From Faecousia sp. (GTDB lineage: Bacteria; Bacillota; Clostridia; Oscillospirales; Oscillospiraceae): DNA of 64,000 bases. The stretch lies in assembly GCA_045533345.1 (NCBI GenBank), contig JAZSHO010000171.1:9323-73322 (forward strand), in the 5' to 3' direction. Each line of letters starts with the position of its first letter. Position 1 is the first letter of the stretch. Below the pieces are notes generated by a model. That model was given only the letters and a program-made list of their open reading frames with translations. It ran no database searches and was not told the DNA's origin. This document shows positions 37,822-48,111 of the stretch, piece after piece. Both the position numbers and the translations under genes were made by a program.

Positions 37822-39842
37822 GATCAATTGATTTGCTGGAAGCCGTAGGAGAAGCAAAGGAACTGTATCTGCTGGAGGCTATTACAGCCTGGAATCACCC
37901 TGTGCAGGGTAAAAAAGGAAGCATGACGCTCAAAAAAGTAGTCTTGATTGCAGCAGTAATCGCGCTGCTCACCTGCCTTCTGGGCTGCGCCATTGCTATG
38001 CTGCGGCTGCAGGATCAAAAAATCGGGGAAGATGTTTTTACCCGGTATTATGATGAAAACTGGCAGGAGATTGAACCTACGGAAGTGACCCGGGATGTGG
38101 TTGCCATCCGCGGTGTGAAAGACAGTCCGAACTATTCGGCTACAATGGAATGGTACGAATTTATCAAGGATTACCCCTCTATTTTGGAATTTGACTTTGT
38201 GGACCAATCTCTGGAAAATTATCAGGTGTACGAGTGGATATACGGCTGCTATTCCCAGGAAATGGTGGATAAGGTCAATGAAATCGCGCAAAAATACGAT
38301 CTGCAGCTTTTGAATCAGGATACAACGGTTCAACGTTGGCAGACGGAGATCCTGTTTGAAGCTCTTGGCATTGAGAATGTGTGTCATGAGGAGAAAACAT
38401 CGAAACTAACGGACGGCTCGGGCAATTTTTACGCAGAAGGAAATTTCCAGTATTCCTTTGAATTCAAACTGCCCAAGGAAGAGGGAGTCTGGCCCCATTG
38501 GGTTTGGGCTACCATGTGCTATTCAAAAGATGGATACTTCCATCCTATCACCATGACCATGGATATGGAAAGCTATGAGCAGTGGGATTATACCACCGCC
38601 GACGGTGTGGATGTGCTCATTGCCCAAAGAAAAAACGGTGCCATTCTGATCGCCCAGACGAATAATGGTCTGTTCTGGGTCAATCTGGATACTTCCGCAG
38701 TCACAGAGGGCACAGAGTCGCCCACGAAGCAGGACATTGAGCAAATGGCCGAGGTTATCGACTTTACCATAGCGCCGAAAACACCGGAAAACATGGAGAA
38801 TATTCAGAAACGGCTGGAAGAATCCAATGCCGCCCATGAAGCCGAGATGCAGCAAAAGGTAGAAAAATACGGCGATTACGGCGCTTATCTGAAGGATACC
38901 TACAAGCGGGTCATGGAGGATGTGTACTATGCCATCTATGATTTGAATAACGACGGTATTGACGACTTGCTGCTGGGCAGTGAGGACAGTACCTTCAGCA
39001 CCGTGAAAACCATGCACAACGGCGCGGTGGTGGACCTGTACCTGGGTGAAAAATGCTGGCTCTGCGAGGATGGAACCATCGTAAATCTGACCAAATATAA
39101 TTTCCGGAAGACTTATTATTCCTTCCGCTTGGGCGCTTACGATCCCAACGGCAACAATGTGGAGCTGCTGGAACGGATCGAACATGACCGCCGGAAGGAT
39201 ACCTGGGTAAACAAGGAGGATAATCTCCTCACCGCCGGGGAAGCGGAGCAGATCATAGCGGGTTATACGCACAAGGAGCTCCCTGTGATGCCCTTGATGG
39301 AATACCCCCTGGATGACACCGGATCCACGCTGGAAGAATATATTCTTTCCAATACATTGTCCAAACCGGTCAGTGAGAAAGAACGAATGGCAATCTATTC
39401 CCAACAGATCCAACACAACCAGGAAACCGCCTACATCCCCGCAACCCATTATATTCTGATGGACATTACGGGCGATGGCGTTGAGGATTTGCTGCTGACC
39501 GACAACGGGGATTACATCGGCGATGCCTTTACTGTGAAAAATGGAGAACTGGATACCCTGTTCTTCTGGTCCGGCTATTATCTGTGTGAAAACAACATTC
39601 TGGAGGATTCCAGCAGCAGTTATCAGCACGAAAGGTACAGCTATTCCTCTGTCGATGACAGTGGCTGGCACACTCTGAATACGCTGATTTATGACAAGGA
39701 AGGGGGCAAATGGTACCATGATGCCGACGGCGACAACTACTACGAACTGGAGATCACGGAAGAAGAATACAAGGAGATCCTGACATCTTACCGCAGAGTT
39801 CCCCTAAACTGGACGCCCATTGATGAATTCCCCTATGTATAA
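37818..39842 (+). CDS. Putative anti-sigma factor with large extracellular region
   Basis: Overlaps the sigma stop (ATGA); single TM; two DxxxDG-containing repeats (DLNNDGIDDL, DITGDGVEDL). Confidence 0.7.
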   Translation: MRSIDLLEAVGEAKELYLLEAITAWNHPVQGKKGSMTLKKVVLIAAVIALLTCLLGCAIAMLRLQDQKIGEDVFTRYYDENWQEIEPTEVTRDVVAIRGVKDSPNYSATMEWYEFIKDYPSILEFDFVDQSLENYQVYEWIYGCYSQEMVDKVNEIAQKYDLQLLNQDTTVQRWQTEILFEALGIENVCHEEKTSKLTDGSGNFYAEGNFQYSFEFKLPKEEGVWPHWVWATMCYSKDGYFHPITMTMDMESYEQWDYTTADGVDVLIAQRKNGAILIAQTNNGLFWVNLDTSAVTEGTESPTKQDIEQMAEVIDFTIAPKTPENMENIQKRLEESNAAHEAEMQQKVEKYGDYGAYLKDTYKRVMEDVYYAIYDLNNDGIDDLLLGSEDSTFSTVKTMHNGAVVDLYLGEKCWLCEDGTIVNLTKYNFRKTYYSFRLGAYDPNGNNVELLERIEHDRRKDTWVNKEDNLLTAGEAEQIIAGYTHKELPVMPLMEYPLDDTGSTLEEYILSNTLSKPVSEKERMAIYSQQIQHNQETAYIPATHYILMDITGDGVEDLLLTDNGDYIGDAFTVKNGELDTLFFWSGYYLCENNILEDSSSSYQHERYSYSSVDDSGWHTLNTLIYDKEGGKWYHDADGDNYYELEITEEEYKEILTSYRRVPLNWTPIDEFPYV

Positions 39843-39845
39843 GGC

Positions 39846-39876
39846 AAAACCCCATCCAATTCGGATGGGGTTTTCT
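39846..39876. terminator. Bidirectional intrinsic terminator
   Basis: AAAACCCCATCC...GGATGGGGTTTT. Confidence 0.75.
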
Positions 39877-40365
39877 TTACCGATTCAAGTACCAAACGCC
39901 AAAATTGAGATAGGCCGCAAAGGTCAGCCACAGCAGGTATGGCATCTGCAGCCATGCGGCAAGTGGATCCACCTTCCGAAAAGCCAAAACCATCAGCAGC
40001 ACCAGCACCCACAGAAGCAGCAGCCACAGGAAAGCAAAACCAAAGGCCTGGGCATTGAAGAAAATGAGACTCCAGAAAAAGTTCACAATCAGCTGTGCCA
40101 CAAACAGATTAAGCCCTTTGCTTCGCTCCGTCGATGGCGGTGCCAGATAAATCCGCGCAGCCCCAACACCCAGCAGCAGATACAGGATTCCCCACACAAT
40201 CGGGAAAACGATCATGGGCGGCGACAGGGGAGGCTGCACTATGGTTTCACTGTACACCTTCATGCCCTCCCGGCTGAGCCAACCGGACAGACCGCCTACG
40301 GCTTCGGTAAGTCCAATCCATAAGGCATATGTTTTCCAGTTTTCTTTTAATTCCCTTAACATCAT
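39877..40365 (-). CDS. tspO: TspO/MBR family protein
   Basis: PPLSPPMIVFPIVWGILY, QLIVNFFWSLIFF, PYLLWLTFAAYLN. Confidence 0.9.
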   Translation of the reverse strand: MMLRELKENWKTYALWIGLTEAVGGLSGWLSREGMKVYSETIVQPPLSPPMIVFPIVWGILYLLLGVGAARIYLAPPSTERSKGLNLFVAQLIVNFFWSLIFFNAQAFGFAFLWLLLLWVLVLLMVLAFRKVDPLAAWLQMPYLLWLTFAAYLNFGVWYLNR

Positions 40366-40442
40366 GCAATCACCCGTAATAGCATACGCAAAAGGAGATA
40401 GAATATGAAAAAAGAGCAGCCCGCAGGCCGCTCTTCTTGAAT

Positions 40443-41453
40443 TTACAGCAGTCGGATACCTGCCTGTTCGCAGGCCTCCACCGTTTCCTGGTCCCACACG
40501 CTGGACTGAACCTCACCGATATGGGCGCAGCCCATCATCAGCAGACACAGACGGGACTGACCGATACCGCCGCCGATGGTCAGAGGCAGTTCGCCGTTCA
40601 GCAGCATCTTATGGAAAGGCAGTTCCCGGCGGTCATCGCAGCCGGCTTCCGTCAGCTGCCGGTCCAGGGATTCCGCATCTACACGGATGCCCATGGAAGA
40701 AATCTCCAGGGCCCGGCCCAGAACCTCATCCCAGAAGAAAATGTCGCAATTGAGGTTCCAGTCATCGTAGTCGGGGGCCCGCCCGTCATGGGGCTTTCCG
40801 GAGCGGAGCTTCCGGCCAATCTGCATGATGCAGGCGGTGTGATGCTCCTTGACGTAGGCCTTTTCCCGCTCAGACCCGGTCTTTAAATCAGGATACATGT
40901 CTTCCAGCGCCTGGGAGGTGATGAAGCTGACCTCCCGGTCCAGCTGGGTCCGCAGCTGGGGGAAGCGAACATGGAGCCGATCGTTGGTATCGCAGATAGC
41001 CCGGACAATGGCCCGGACGATGAGCTTTAAGTACTCGGAATTCCGATTGTCCCGGGTGATGACTTTCTCCCAGTCCCACTGGTCCACGTAGATGGAGTGG
41101 ATGTTATCCAGATCTTCATCCCGGCGGATGGCGTTCATATCGGTGTACAAACCGTTGCCGATGGTGAAATGGTACCGCTTCAGCGCCAGCCGCTTCCACT
41201 TTGCCAGGGAATGGACCACCTGGGCATCGGTGCCGATGGCAGGGATATCAAAGCTGACGGGCCGCTCACGGCCGCTCAGATTGTCATTCAAACCGGAATT
41301 TTCTGTAACAAACAGGGGAGCGGAAACACGCTTCAAATTCAGCGCCTTGGAAAACTCCTCCTGGAAAGTATCTTTGATGTAAGCAATGGCACGCTGGGTG
41401 TCATAGGCATCCAAAATGGGCTTATAGCCTTCGGGAATATAGATCGTGTTCAT
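40443..41453 (-). CDS. asnA: Aspartate-ammonia ligase
   Basis: VVHSLAKWKR, HSIYVDQWDWE, HDGRAPDYDDW, TIGGGIGQSR. Confidence 0.96.
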   Translation of the reverse strand: MNTIYIPEGYKPILDAYDTQRAIAYIKDTFQEEFSKALNLKRVSAPLFVTENSGLNDNLSGRERPVSFDIPAIGTDAQVVHSLAKWKRLALKRYHFTIGNGLYTDMNAIRRDEDLDNIHSIYVDQWDWEKVITRDNRNSEYLKLIVRAIVRAICDTNDRLHVRFPQLRTQLDREVSFITSQALEDMYPDLKTGSEREKAYVKEHHTACIMQIGRKLRSGKPHDGRAPDYDDWNLNCDIFFWDEVLGRALEISSMGIRVDAESLDRQLTEAGCDDRRELPFHKMLLNGELPLTIGGGIGQSRLCLLMMGCAHIGEVQSSVWDQETVEACEQAGIRLL

Positions 41454-41644
41454 GGGAACACCTGCCTTTCGGGGTAAATATAGGTCCTATTGTACCTCTA
41501 TTTTTCGCAAAATCAAGTCCAGGAGGAATAATTTTTTCTGTTTGGCACAAAATAGAATGGGTTTTTCCGGGGATATTCCACAAAAGGTGTTGACTTTTCT
41601 CAGAATACCTGTATACTGAAAAATGCAAAACAGAATACACCTAA

Positions 41645-41812
41645 GACGCTTTTCGGGATCGATCGAAACCGAAGGGCAGAGGACTCTCTGGAGAACACAT
41701 TCAATTGTGTGCCGAAGGTGCAAGGCAGTGCTGCCGAATCTCTCAGGCAAACGGACGGAGATGCTGAATTTCGTTTCACGCAAGAGCAGTCCTGAGGGAC
41801 TGCTGTTTTTTA
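41645..41812 (+). promoter_or_regulatory. Glycine riboswitch (one complete aptamer plus a degenerate 5' region) and terminator
   Basis: CTCTGGAGA...GCCGAAGGTGCAA...AATCTCTCAGGCAAA-CGGACGGAG; downstream GCAGTCC-tgag-GGACTGC and T run; TTGACT/TATACT promoter at 41590-41617. Confidence 0.82.
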
Positions 41813-41837
41813 TTTTAGAGAAAGCAGGAAGATAACT

Positions 41838-43091
41838 ATGTACGGTAAACCCATTGATTCCATCGGTTTTGTTTCCAATTATGACCCCGAACTGGCAGCT
41901 ATGATGGACCGGGAGCTGGTTCGCCAGCAGGACGGCCTGGAGCTGATCGCCTCCGAGAACCTGGCTTCTCCCGCTGTCATTGCAGCCATGGGCTCCATTC
42001 TTACCAACAAGTATGCCGAGGGTCTGCCCGGCAAGCGTTACTACGGCGGTTGTGATTTCGTGGACGAGATCGAGCAGCTGTGCATCGACCGGGCCAAGGC
42101 TTGCTTCGGTGCGGAATTTGCCAACGTTCAGCCCCACTCCGGCGCCCAGGCCAATATGGCGGTCCAGCTGGCCCTGCTGCAGCCCGGGGATACCATGATG
42201 GGCATGAGCCTGGCCAACGGCGGCCACCTGTCCCACGGCAGCCCCGCCAACATTTCCGGCAAGTATTACAATGTGGTTTCCTACGATGTCAACCATGAAA
42301 CCGGCCTCATTGACTATGACCAGATCCGGGACATGGCCAAAAAGTGCCAGCCCAAGCTGATCATCGCCGGTGCTTCCGCCTATCCCCGTGCCATCGATTT
42401 CAAGCTCTTCGCCGATATCGCACATGAGGTGGGTGCTGTGCTGATGGTGGATATGGCCCATATTGCCGGTCTGGTTGCAGGCGGCGCCCATATGAGCCCC
42501 GTGCCCTATGCGGACATCGTCACCACCACCACCCACAAGACCCTTCGCGGCCCCCGGGGCGGCTTGATCCTGGCCAAGGAGGAATTTGCCAAGAAGCTGA
42601 ATTCCGCCGTGTTCCCCGGCACCCAGGGCGGTCCTCTGGAGCATGTGATCGCCGCCAAGGCCATCTGCTTGAAAGAAGCTATGGCTCCGGAATTTAAGAC
42701 CTATGCCCACAATGTGGTGAAAAATGCCAAGGTTCTGGCCGACACTCTGCTGGAAGAGGGCTTCGACCTGGTTACCGGCGGCACCGATAATCATCTGATG
42801 CTGGCAGACCTGCGTCCTTTGAATATCACCGGTAAGGAACTCCAGAGCCGCTGTGATGCCAACCACATGACCCTGAACAAGAACGCCATCCCCGGCGACC
42901 CCCAGAAGCCCGCCATCACCAGCGGTGTTCGAATTGGTACCGCTGCTGTTACCACCCGCGGCTTGGGCGAGGAGGAAATGAAGTCCATTGCCCATTGCAT
43001 TGCCCTGACGGCCAAGGATTTCGAAGGTACCCAGGCCCAGGTCCGTGCAACCGTGGCAGATATCTGCGAAAAATTCCCTCTGTATAAGTAA
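41838..43091 (+). CDS. glyA: Serine hydroxymethyltransferase
   Basis: [35 protein letters not shown]. Confidence 0.97.
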   Translation: MYGKPIDSIGFVSNYDPELAAMMDRELVRQQDGLELIASENLASPAVIAAMGSILTNKYAEGLPGKRYYGGCDFVDEIEQLCIDRAKACFGAEFANVQPHSGAQANMAVQLALLQPGDTMMGMSLANGGHLSHGSPANISGKYYNVVSYDVNHETGLIDYDQIRDMAKKCQPKLIIAGASAYPRAIDFKLFADIAHEVGAVLMVDMAHIAGLVAGGAHMSPVPYADIVTTTTHKTLRGPRGGLILAKEEFAKKLNSAVFPGTQGGPLEHVIAAKAICLKEAMAPEFKTYAHNVVKNAKVLADTLLEEGFDLVTGGTDNHLMLADLRPLNITGKELQSRCDANHMTLNKNAIPGDPQKPAITSGVRIGTAAVTTRGLGEEEMKSIAHCIALTAKDFEGTQAQVRATVADICEKFPLYK

Positions 43092-43096
43092 AGAGT

Positions 43097-43125
43097 AAGG
43101 AGCAGTCATTGACTGCTCCTTATTT
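43097..43125. terminator. Bidirectional intrinsic terminator
   Basis: TAAGGAGCAGTCA-t-TGACTGCTCCTTA. Confidence 0.75.
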
Positions 43126-43962
43126 TTATCCGAAACGTCGTGCGTAACCGCACTTCCGGCAGAGTTCCTCTGCCGCTTTTTTATTTTGGAAGCCCCGGTA
43201 GATGGCCTGGGCCCGTTCTGCGGCTAAAATCGTCTCCAGATCGCTGTTAAACAGGTTTCCCAGGGCCAGATCACCGTTGTGATCCAGACAGCAGGGGACC
43301 ACCGTTCCGTCACAAAGAACACCGATCTGATCCCGCAGTCCGTAGCAGAACACCTTGTCGCCACCATCTTTCGCGCTGAGGTCCGGCCAGTCGAACTTGT
43401 CACCGTACTCCAGAAATACGCGGTTTCCGATTCGGGTGCCCTTTCGCTCGGTGACCCAGGGCCTCGGGAAAGCGTCCTCCATTGCGGAGAGAATATCTCC
43501 GTTTTTCTCGTCTGCGCCGCCCTGGTTCCAAAGCCGGTAAACCACCAGCTTGCCGCCTTCCGCCGCTTTACCGAAATCAAAGCAACCCTGCAGATATTGG
43601 GAAAAGGGGATGGCTAGATCATTGGCCTCAAAGGCATGGAGGGAAATATTCACCTTGTGCAGGGCGGGGGAACGGAGCAGCATATCCTGCTGCCTGGGAA
43701 GCAGCGTACCGTTTGTTGTCAGAATGACCTTGAAGCCCGCATCTCCGGCCAGTTCCAGAAACCTTTCTAACTTTGGATGGCACAGAGGCTCACCCATAAG
43801 GTGGAAGTACAGATAATCCGAATAGGGTCGAAGCCTGGGAAGCAGAACAGACAATTCATCCTCGTTCATTACCTTCGGTTTCCGATTGGTACCGGGACAG
43901 AATTGGCAGGTCAGATTGCAGACATTGGAGATTTCCAGATAGATTTTGTGAAAACGTTTCAT
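43126..43962 (-). CDS. Radical SAM protein with SPASM/twitch domain
   Basis: CNLTCQFC; C-terminal CYG...DGTVVPCCLD...LGN...CRKC. Confidence 0.88.
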   Translation of the reverse strand: MKRFHKIYLEISNVCNLTCQFCPGTNRKPKVMNEDELSVLLPRLRPYSDYLYFHLMGEPLCHPKLERFLELAGDAGFKVILTTNGTLLPRQQDMLLRSPALHKVNISLHAFEANDLAIPFSQYLQGCFDFGKAAEGGKLVVYRLWNQGGADEKNGDILSAMEDAFPRPWVTERKGTRIGNRVFLEYGDKFDWPDLSAKDGGDKVFCYGLRDQIGVLCDGTVVPCCLDHNGDLALGNLFNSDLETILAAERAQAIYRGFQNKKAAEELCRKCGYARRFG

Positions 43963-43966
43963 AGCA

Positions 43967-44794
43967 TCAAACAAAGGGGTTGAAGTAGCGGCTGCCGGTG
44001 AGATAAGTCAGCAGCAAAGACACTGCAACAAGCGCAGCGGAAACTACCATAAAGGCGATGTCAGCCTTGCTGAATTTCCGGGCGGAATACCAGCTGCGCT
44101 TTTTGCCCTTGCCGAAGCCACGCAGCTCCATAGCGTTGGAAATGGTCTCGATTCGGTCCATGGAGGACAGAATCAGCGGAATCAAAATGGAACTGGCAGC
44201 CTTTAGCCGATTTACCAAACTGGCTTTCTTGCTCATTTCCGTGCCGCGGGCCTGCTGCGCCAGACTGATGTCCCGGTATTCCCGCTGAATGTCGGGAATG
44301 TAACGCAGGGCCAGCGCCACCGCATAGCTGATACGGTAGCTGACGCCGATGCGGCTCAAGGAAGCGGCAAATTCGGAAGGATTGGTGGTACACACGAACA
44401 GCAGCACAATGGGAATGGTGCAGGCGTTCTTCAAAATCACATTCAGATGGTAAAACAGCTGCTCGGCGGTGATGTTGTAAGGTCCTGCAATGTGCAGGAG
44501 AATGGTTTCCGAACCATAGAGATTTACGCCGTGGTCGGGGCTGAACAGATAAATCAGCAGGTTGTTCAAAACGATGTAGGCGAGCATCAAGCTTAAGACA
44601 AAGGAAATATCCTTGATCTTCAGCTTGGCTACGTTAAACAGCACCAGGGCGCCAACGGTCATGACAAACAGCAGAGGCGTATTGAAGCTTGTCATGGCAG
44701 CCACGGTCCAACCGATCAGACAAACCAGCTTGGTTGCGCCGGTGAGCCGATGGATAGGGGAGGGGCGGTCAATGTAGTTGAACAGATTGATCAT
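43967..44794 (-). CDS. ECF transporter transmembrane T component
   Basis: LALRYIP, AQQARG, AMELRGF. Confidence 0.92.
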   Translation of the reverse strand: MINLFNYIDRPSPIHRLTGATKLVCLIGWTVAAMTSFNTPLLFVMTVGALVLFNVAKLKIKDISFVLSLMLAYIVLNNLLIYLFSPDHGVNLYGSETILLHIAGPYNITAEQLFYHLNVILKNACTIPIVLLFVCTTNPSEFAASLSRIGVSYRISYAVALALRYIPDIQREYRDISLAQQARGTEMSKKASLVNRLKAASSILIPLILSSMDRIETISNAMELRGFGKGKKRSWYSARKFSKADIAFMVVSAALVAVSLLLTYLTGSRYFNPFV

Positions 44795-46500
44795 AAGCGC
44801 ACCTCCCGGTCCCGGGCGATAAATCGCCGGGTGAACTCTTCGGGACTGTCAATGCCACAGGAATGTGCCAGATGGAACAGGGAAGTTTCCTTCAAATGGG
44901 CGGTTTCCACGATATCGGGGCTGTTCAGAACCTCCGCAGCAGACTTATCCGCAATGACCTTTCCATCATGGAACACCACAGCCCGGGGCGTGTATTCCAG
45001 CATCAAGTGCATATCATGGGTGATCAGCACCACAGTAATACCCTGGCGATTCAGCTCTGCCAGAAAATCCATGATCTCCGTGTAGTGCTTCAGATCCTGT
45101 CCGGCGGTAGGCTCATCCAGCAGAATCATTTCCGGCTTCAGCACCAGAATGGAAGCGATGGTAACCCGCTTCTTCTGACCGTAACTGAGGGCGGAAACCG
45201 GCCAGTTTCGGAAAGGATAGAGTCCGCAGATTTTCAGCGTTTCTTCCACCCGGGGCCGAATCTCCTCTTCGGAAATGCCCCGATTCCGAAGACCCAGCGC
45301 CACTTCGTCGTAGATTTGGGTTTTGGAGATCATCTGGTTGGGGTTCTGCATCACATAGCCAATATGATCGGCCCGTTCCTTGATGGAAAGCTCCTGCAGA
45401 TCCTGCTCATTTAGTTCCAGAATACCGCTCTGCGACTTCTCAAAGCCGCAGACCACCTTGGAGAATGTAGACTTACCTGCACCGTTGGTGCCAACGATGC
45501 TGAGCATCTCACCCCTATGGATCTGCGCGCTGATCCCCCGGAGAGCATGGTGACCGCCCTCGTAAGTAAAGTCCAGGCCCTCCACACGCAGCAGAACCTC
45601 CTGCTGCATTGTCTTTTCAGCCTGGGGCAGGGCCTCAAACCATGCCTTGACCTGCACCTTTTGTCCCTCGGACAGCTTTAGCTCAGGCAGATAAGAAGGC
45701 CGCATGTCCTTCGTCAAAGTAACTCCTGCATATTTCAGCGCGGTGACATACAAAGGCTCCCGGATGCCGCTGTCGCTGAGCAAACTGCTGCACAGGATGC
45801 TGTCCGGGTCACTGTCGCAGAGGATGTGTCCGTCCCCCATAACCACCATCCGGTCAATGGGACGGTACAGCACATCCTCCACACGGTGCTCAATGATGAT
45901 GACCGCACAGCCGGTACGCTTTTGAATCTCATCAATGAGAACAATGGCCTGCTTGCCCGTGGCAGGGTCCAGGTTGGCCAGAGGCTCGTCAAAGAGAAGC
46001 ACATCCACCTGGCCCACCATGACGCCGCCAAGACCAACACGCTGCTTCTGGCCGCCGGATATCTCATGGGGAGCATGGTTTAGTACCTGCTGCACATCCA
46101 CAAGTTCCGCAATTTTTTGCACCTGGTCATGCATTTCCTTAGTGGGGATGCAGTCGTTTTCCAGAGCGAAGGCAATATCTTCTGCAACGGTCAGACCGAT
46201 AAACTGTCCGTCAGAATCCTGCAGCACGGTGCCAACGGTTTTGGACAGACCGAAAATACCCAGCTCCAGGGCGTTTTTTCCGTTCACAGTCAGCTTACCC
46301 GTTGCCTTGCCGGGGTAGGAATTGGGAATCAGACCGTTGATGCAATGGGCCAGGGTCGATTTGCCACAGCCGGAAGGACCGGCGATGAGAATCTTCTCAC
46401 CCTTGTGAATGGTCAGATTGATGTTATAGAGGGTAGGTTCCGCCTGGGCGGTATACTGAAAACCAAAGTCTTCAAACTGAATGATGGGCTGTCTTTCCAC
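44791..46500 (-). CDS. ECF transporter fused double ATPase
   Basis: Two Walker A motifs (GPSGCGKS, GTNGAGKS); ISGGQKQR and LSYGQKKR; GTG start after GGAGG. Confidence 0.92.
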   Translation of the reverse strand: MERQPIIQFEDFGFQYTAQAEPTLYNINLTIHKGEKILIAGPSGCGKSTLAHCINGLIPNSYPGKATGKLTVNGKNALELGIFGLSKTVGTVLQDSDGQFIGLTVAEDIAFALENDCIPTKEMHDQVQKIAELVDVQQVLNHAPHEISGGQKQRVGLGGVMVGQVDVLLFDEPLANLDPATGKQAIVLIDEIQKRTGCAVIIIEHRVEDVLYRPIDRMVVMGDGHILCDSDPDSILCSSLLSDSGIREPLYVTALKYAGVTLTKDMRPSYLPELKLSEGQKVQVKAWFEALPQAEKTMQQEVLLRVEGLDFTYEGGHHALRGISAQIHRGEMLSIVGTNGAGKSTFSKVVCGFEKSQSGILELNEQDLQELSIKERADHIGYVMQNPNQMISKTQIYDEVALGLRNRGISEEEIRPRVEETLKICGLYPFRNWPVSALSYGQKKRVTIASILVLKPEMILLDEPTAGQDLKHYTEIMDFLAELNRQGITVVLITHDMHLMLEYTPRAVVFHDGKVIADKSAAEVLNSPDIVETAHLKETSLFHLAHSCGIDSPEEFTRRFIARDREVRL

Positions 46501-46560
46501 TGAAAAAACCTCCGGGATGAACAAAGGCAGGCCGGGGGCCTGCCTTTGATACTTGTGTTC

Positions 46561-47109
46561 TTACTCCTTGGACAGGCTGCCGGCCTTGGTCTTGGTGGCT
46601 GCGTAAGCAACACACAGCAGGCTGCCGACGATAGCGGTGGTAACAGCGTTACCCAGACCGGCCATCAGACCCTGTGCAATCAGCTTATCCCAGGGTTCGC
46701 CCATCATGTAAACGTCCAGAACGGGAGCCACCAGCATCCAGCAGATCAGATGGCAAACAAACTGAGCAATGTTGAATTTGATCAAACCCTTCTTGCCCAG
46801 TTCGCCTTCTTCGAGCTTCAGAGCCTTGGCTGCAAAACCCATCAGCAGGCCGAAGACACCGGAAGCGATAACCCAGCTCCACCAGATGCCCCAACCGGCT
46901 GCGAAGTCGATGAGCATATGGCCGATAAAGCCGATCAGAGCGCCGGCGATGGGGCCAAAGACCACAGACATGAATGCCAGCAGACCGTACTGGGTGGTAA
47001 CGCTGGTGTTGGGAACGGGGCTGGGAATGGCAACAAACTTACCCAGAACAAAGAACAGGGCAGCGCCGATGCCGATGGCAACGATGGTTTTTACGGAAAA
47101 TTTTTTCAT
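46561..47109 (-). CDS. ECF S component, UPF0397/MtsT-like
   Basis: KTIVAIGIGAALF, GPIAGALIGFIGH, WWSWVIAS. Confidence 0.85.
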   Translation of the reverse strand: MKKFSVKTIVAIGIGAALFFVLGKFVAIPSPVPNTSVTTQYGLLAFMSVVFGPIAGALIGFIGHMLIDFAAGWGIWWSWVIASGVFGLLMGFAAKALKLEEGELGKKGLIKFNIAQFVCHLICWMLVAPVLDVYMMGEPWDKLIAQGLMAGLGNAVTTAIVGSLLCVAYAATKTKAGSLSKE

Positions 47110-47161
47110 GGTTTTCTACCTCCATAAATCATTCTATTTCATGGCATATTGCCAAAATAGC

Positions 47162-48010
47162 TCAGATGAAACCCTTAAAGGGCTCAATTTGGATTCGCCA
47201 GGAATTGCCGGTACCGATGTTGTAGGCCCGGGCAAAGCTGCCCTGGTTGATGGCTACGGCCATACAGTTCAAGCTGTTCACATAGACCAGCGCTTCGCCC
47301 ACATTCACATCGGAAAAACTTTTTGCGTACTGGATAATATTCCGGTAAACGCACCGGGTGTCGTTTTCGATGGTGATGCAGACCCGGTCACCGTGCTTGA
47401 CTCCGGTCTGCAGAAACAGGGAGCGGGGAATATTGGTCCACAGGCTACCGAATCGCACATCCAGCACATCGATGGTGCCGCAAACAGCAGCGCCCTCCAT
47501 GTGAGGCTCCACAATGGGTAGACTCACAAGACTGTCCACAGGAAGTTCCGGTCCAACGCCTTCGAAATCAATGATCCCGGAAGCCAGTCGGGCACCGGTG
47601 TAGGCATAAACATCCCGGCCATGGAAAGTGTAGCTTTCGCCGGAAAGGGGCAGACGGTTAACATGTTCATCAATTTCCCGAACAGCGGCGATGCCTTCCA
47701 GACGAATGACATGGGTCAAGGCTCCATTGTCCGGGGTGGCAATATAGCGGCCGGAATTGGTCTTGACCACAACGCTCTTCCGCTCGGAGCCAACACCGGG
47801 ATCCACAACAGAAACAAATACGGTTCCCTGTGGCCAGTAATTGATGGTCTGAATCAGCCGATAGCTGGCTTCCCAAATGCTGTAAGGGGTAATATCATGG
47901 GTCAAATTATGGATTCTCAGATCGGGATGGACACTATAAGCCACGCCGTGCATAGCACTGACGGCACCGTCCACCAAACCGAAATCGGTTTGAAATACCA
48001 AAGGATGCAT
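47162..48010 (-). CDS. SAM hydroxide adenosyltransferase (DUF62, chlorinase/fluorinase family)
   Basis: QTDFG, VVDPGVGS, TPDNG, TFHGRDVY, AINQGS. Confidence 0.92.
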   Translation of the reverse strand: MHPLVFQTDFGLVDGAVSAMHGVAYSVHPDLRIHNLTHDITPYSIWEASYRLIQTINYWPQGTVFVSVVDPGVGSERKSVVVKTNSGRYIATPDNGALTHVIRLEGIAAVREIDEHVNRLPLSGESYTFHGRDVYAYTGARLASGIIDFEGVGPELPVDSLVSLPIVEPHMEGAAVCGTIDVLDVRFGSLWTNIPRSLFLQTGVKHGDRVCITIENDTRCVYRNIIQYAKSFSDVNVGEALVYVNSLNCMAVAINQGSFARAYNIGTGNSWRIQIEPFKGFI

Positions 48011-48111
48011 ATCACAAACCTCCCAATTTACTAACAGTTTCATGATACCTTTTTTGCGGAGAAAAGTCAATGATTGGAAGCAGAAAAGGGGAAAGACGGA
48101 GGAGGGAAAAG

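Noticed and set aside
48011-48111. SAM riboswitch upstream of the DUF62-ECF operon
   Set aside because: I recognised no S-box or SMK motifs; the space holds a promoter-like sequence and the tRNA-fragment array.
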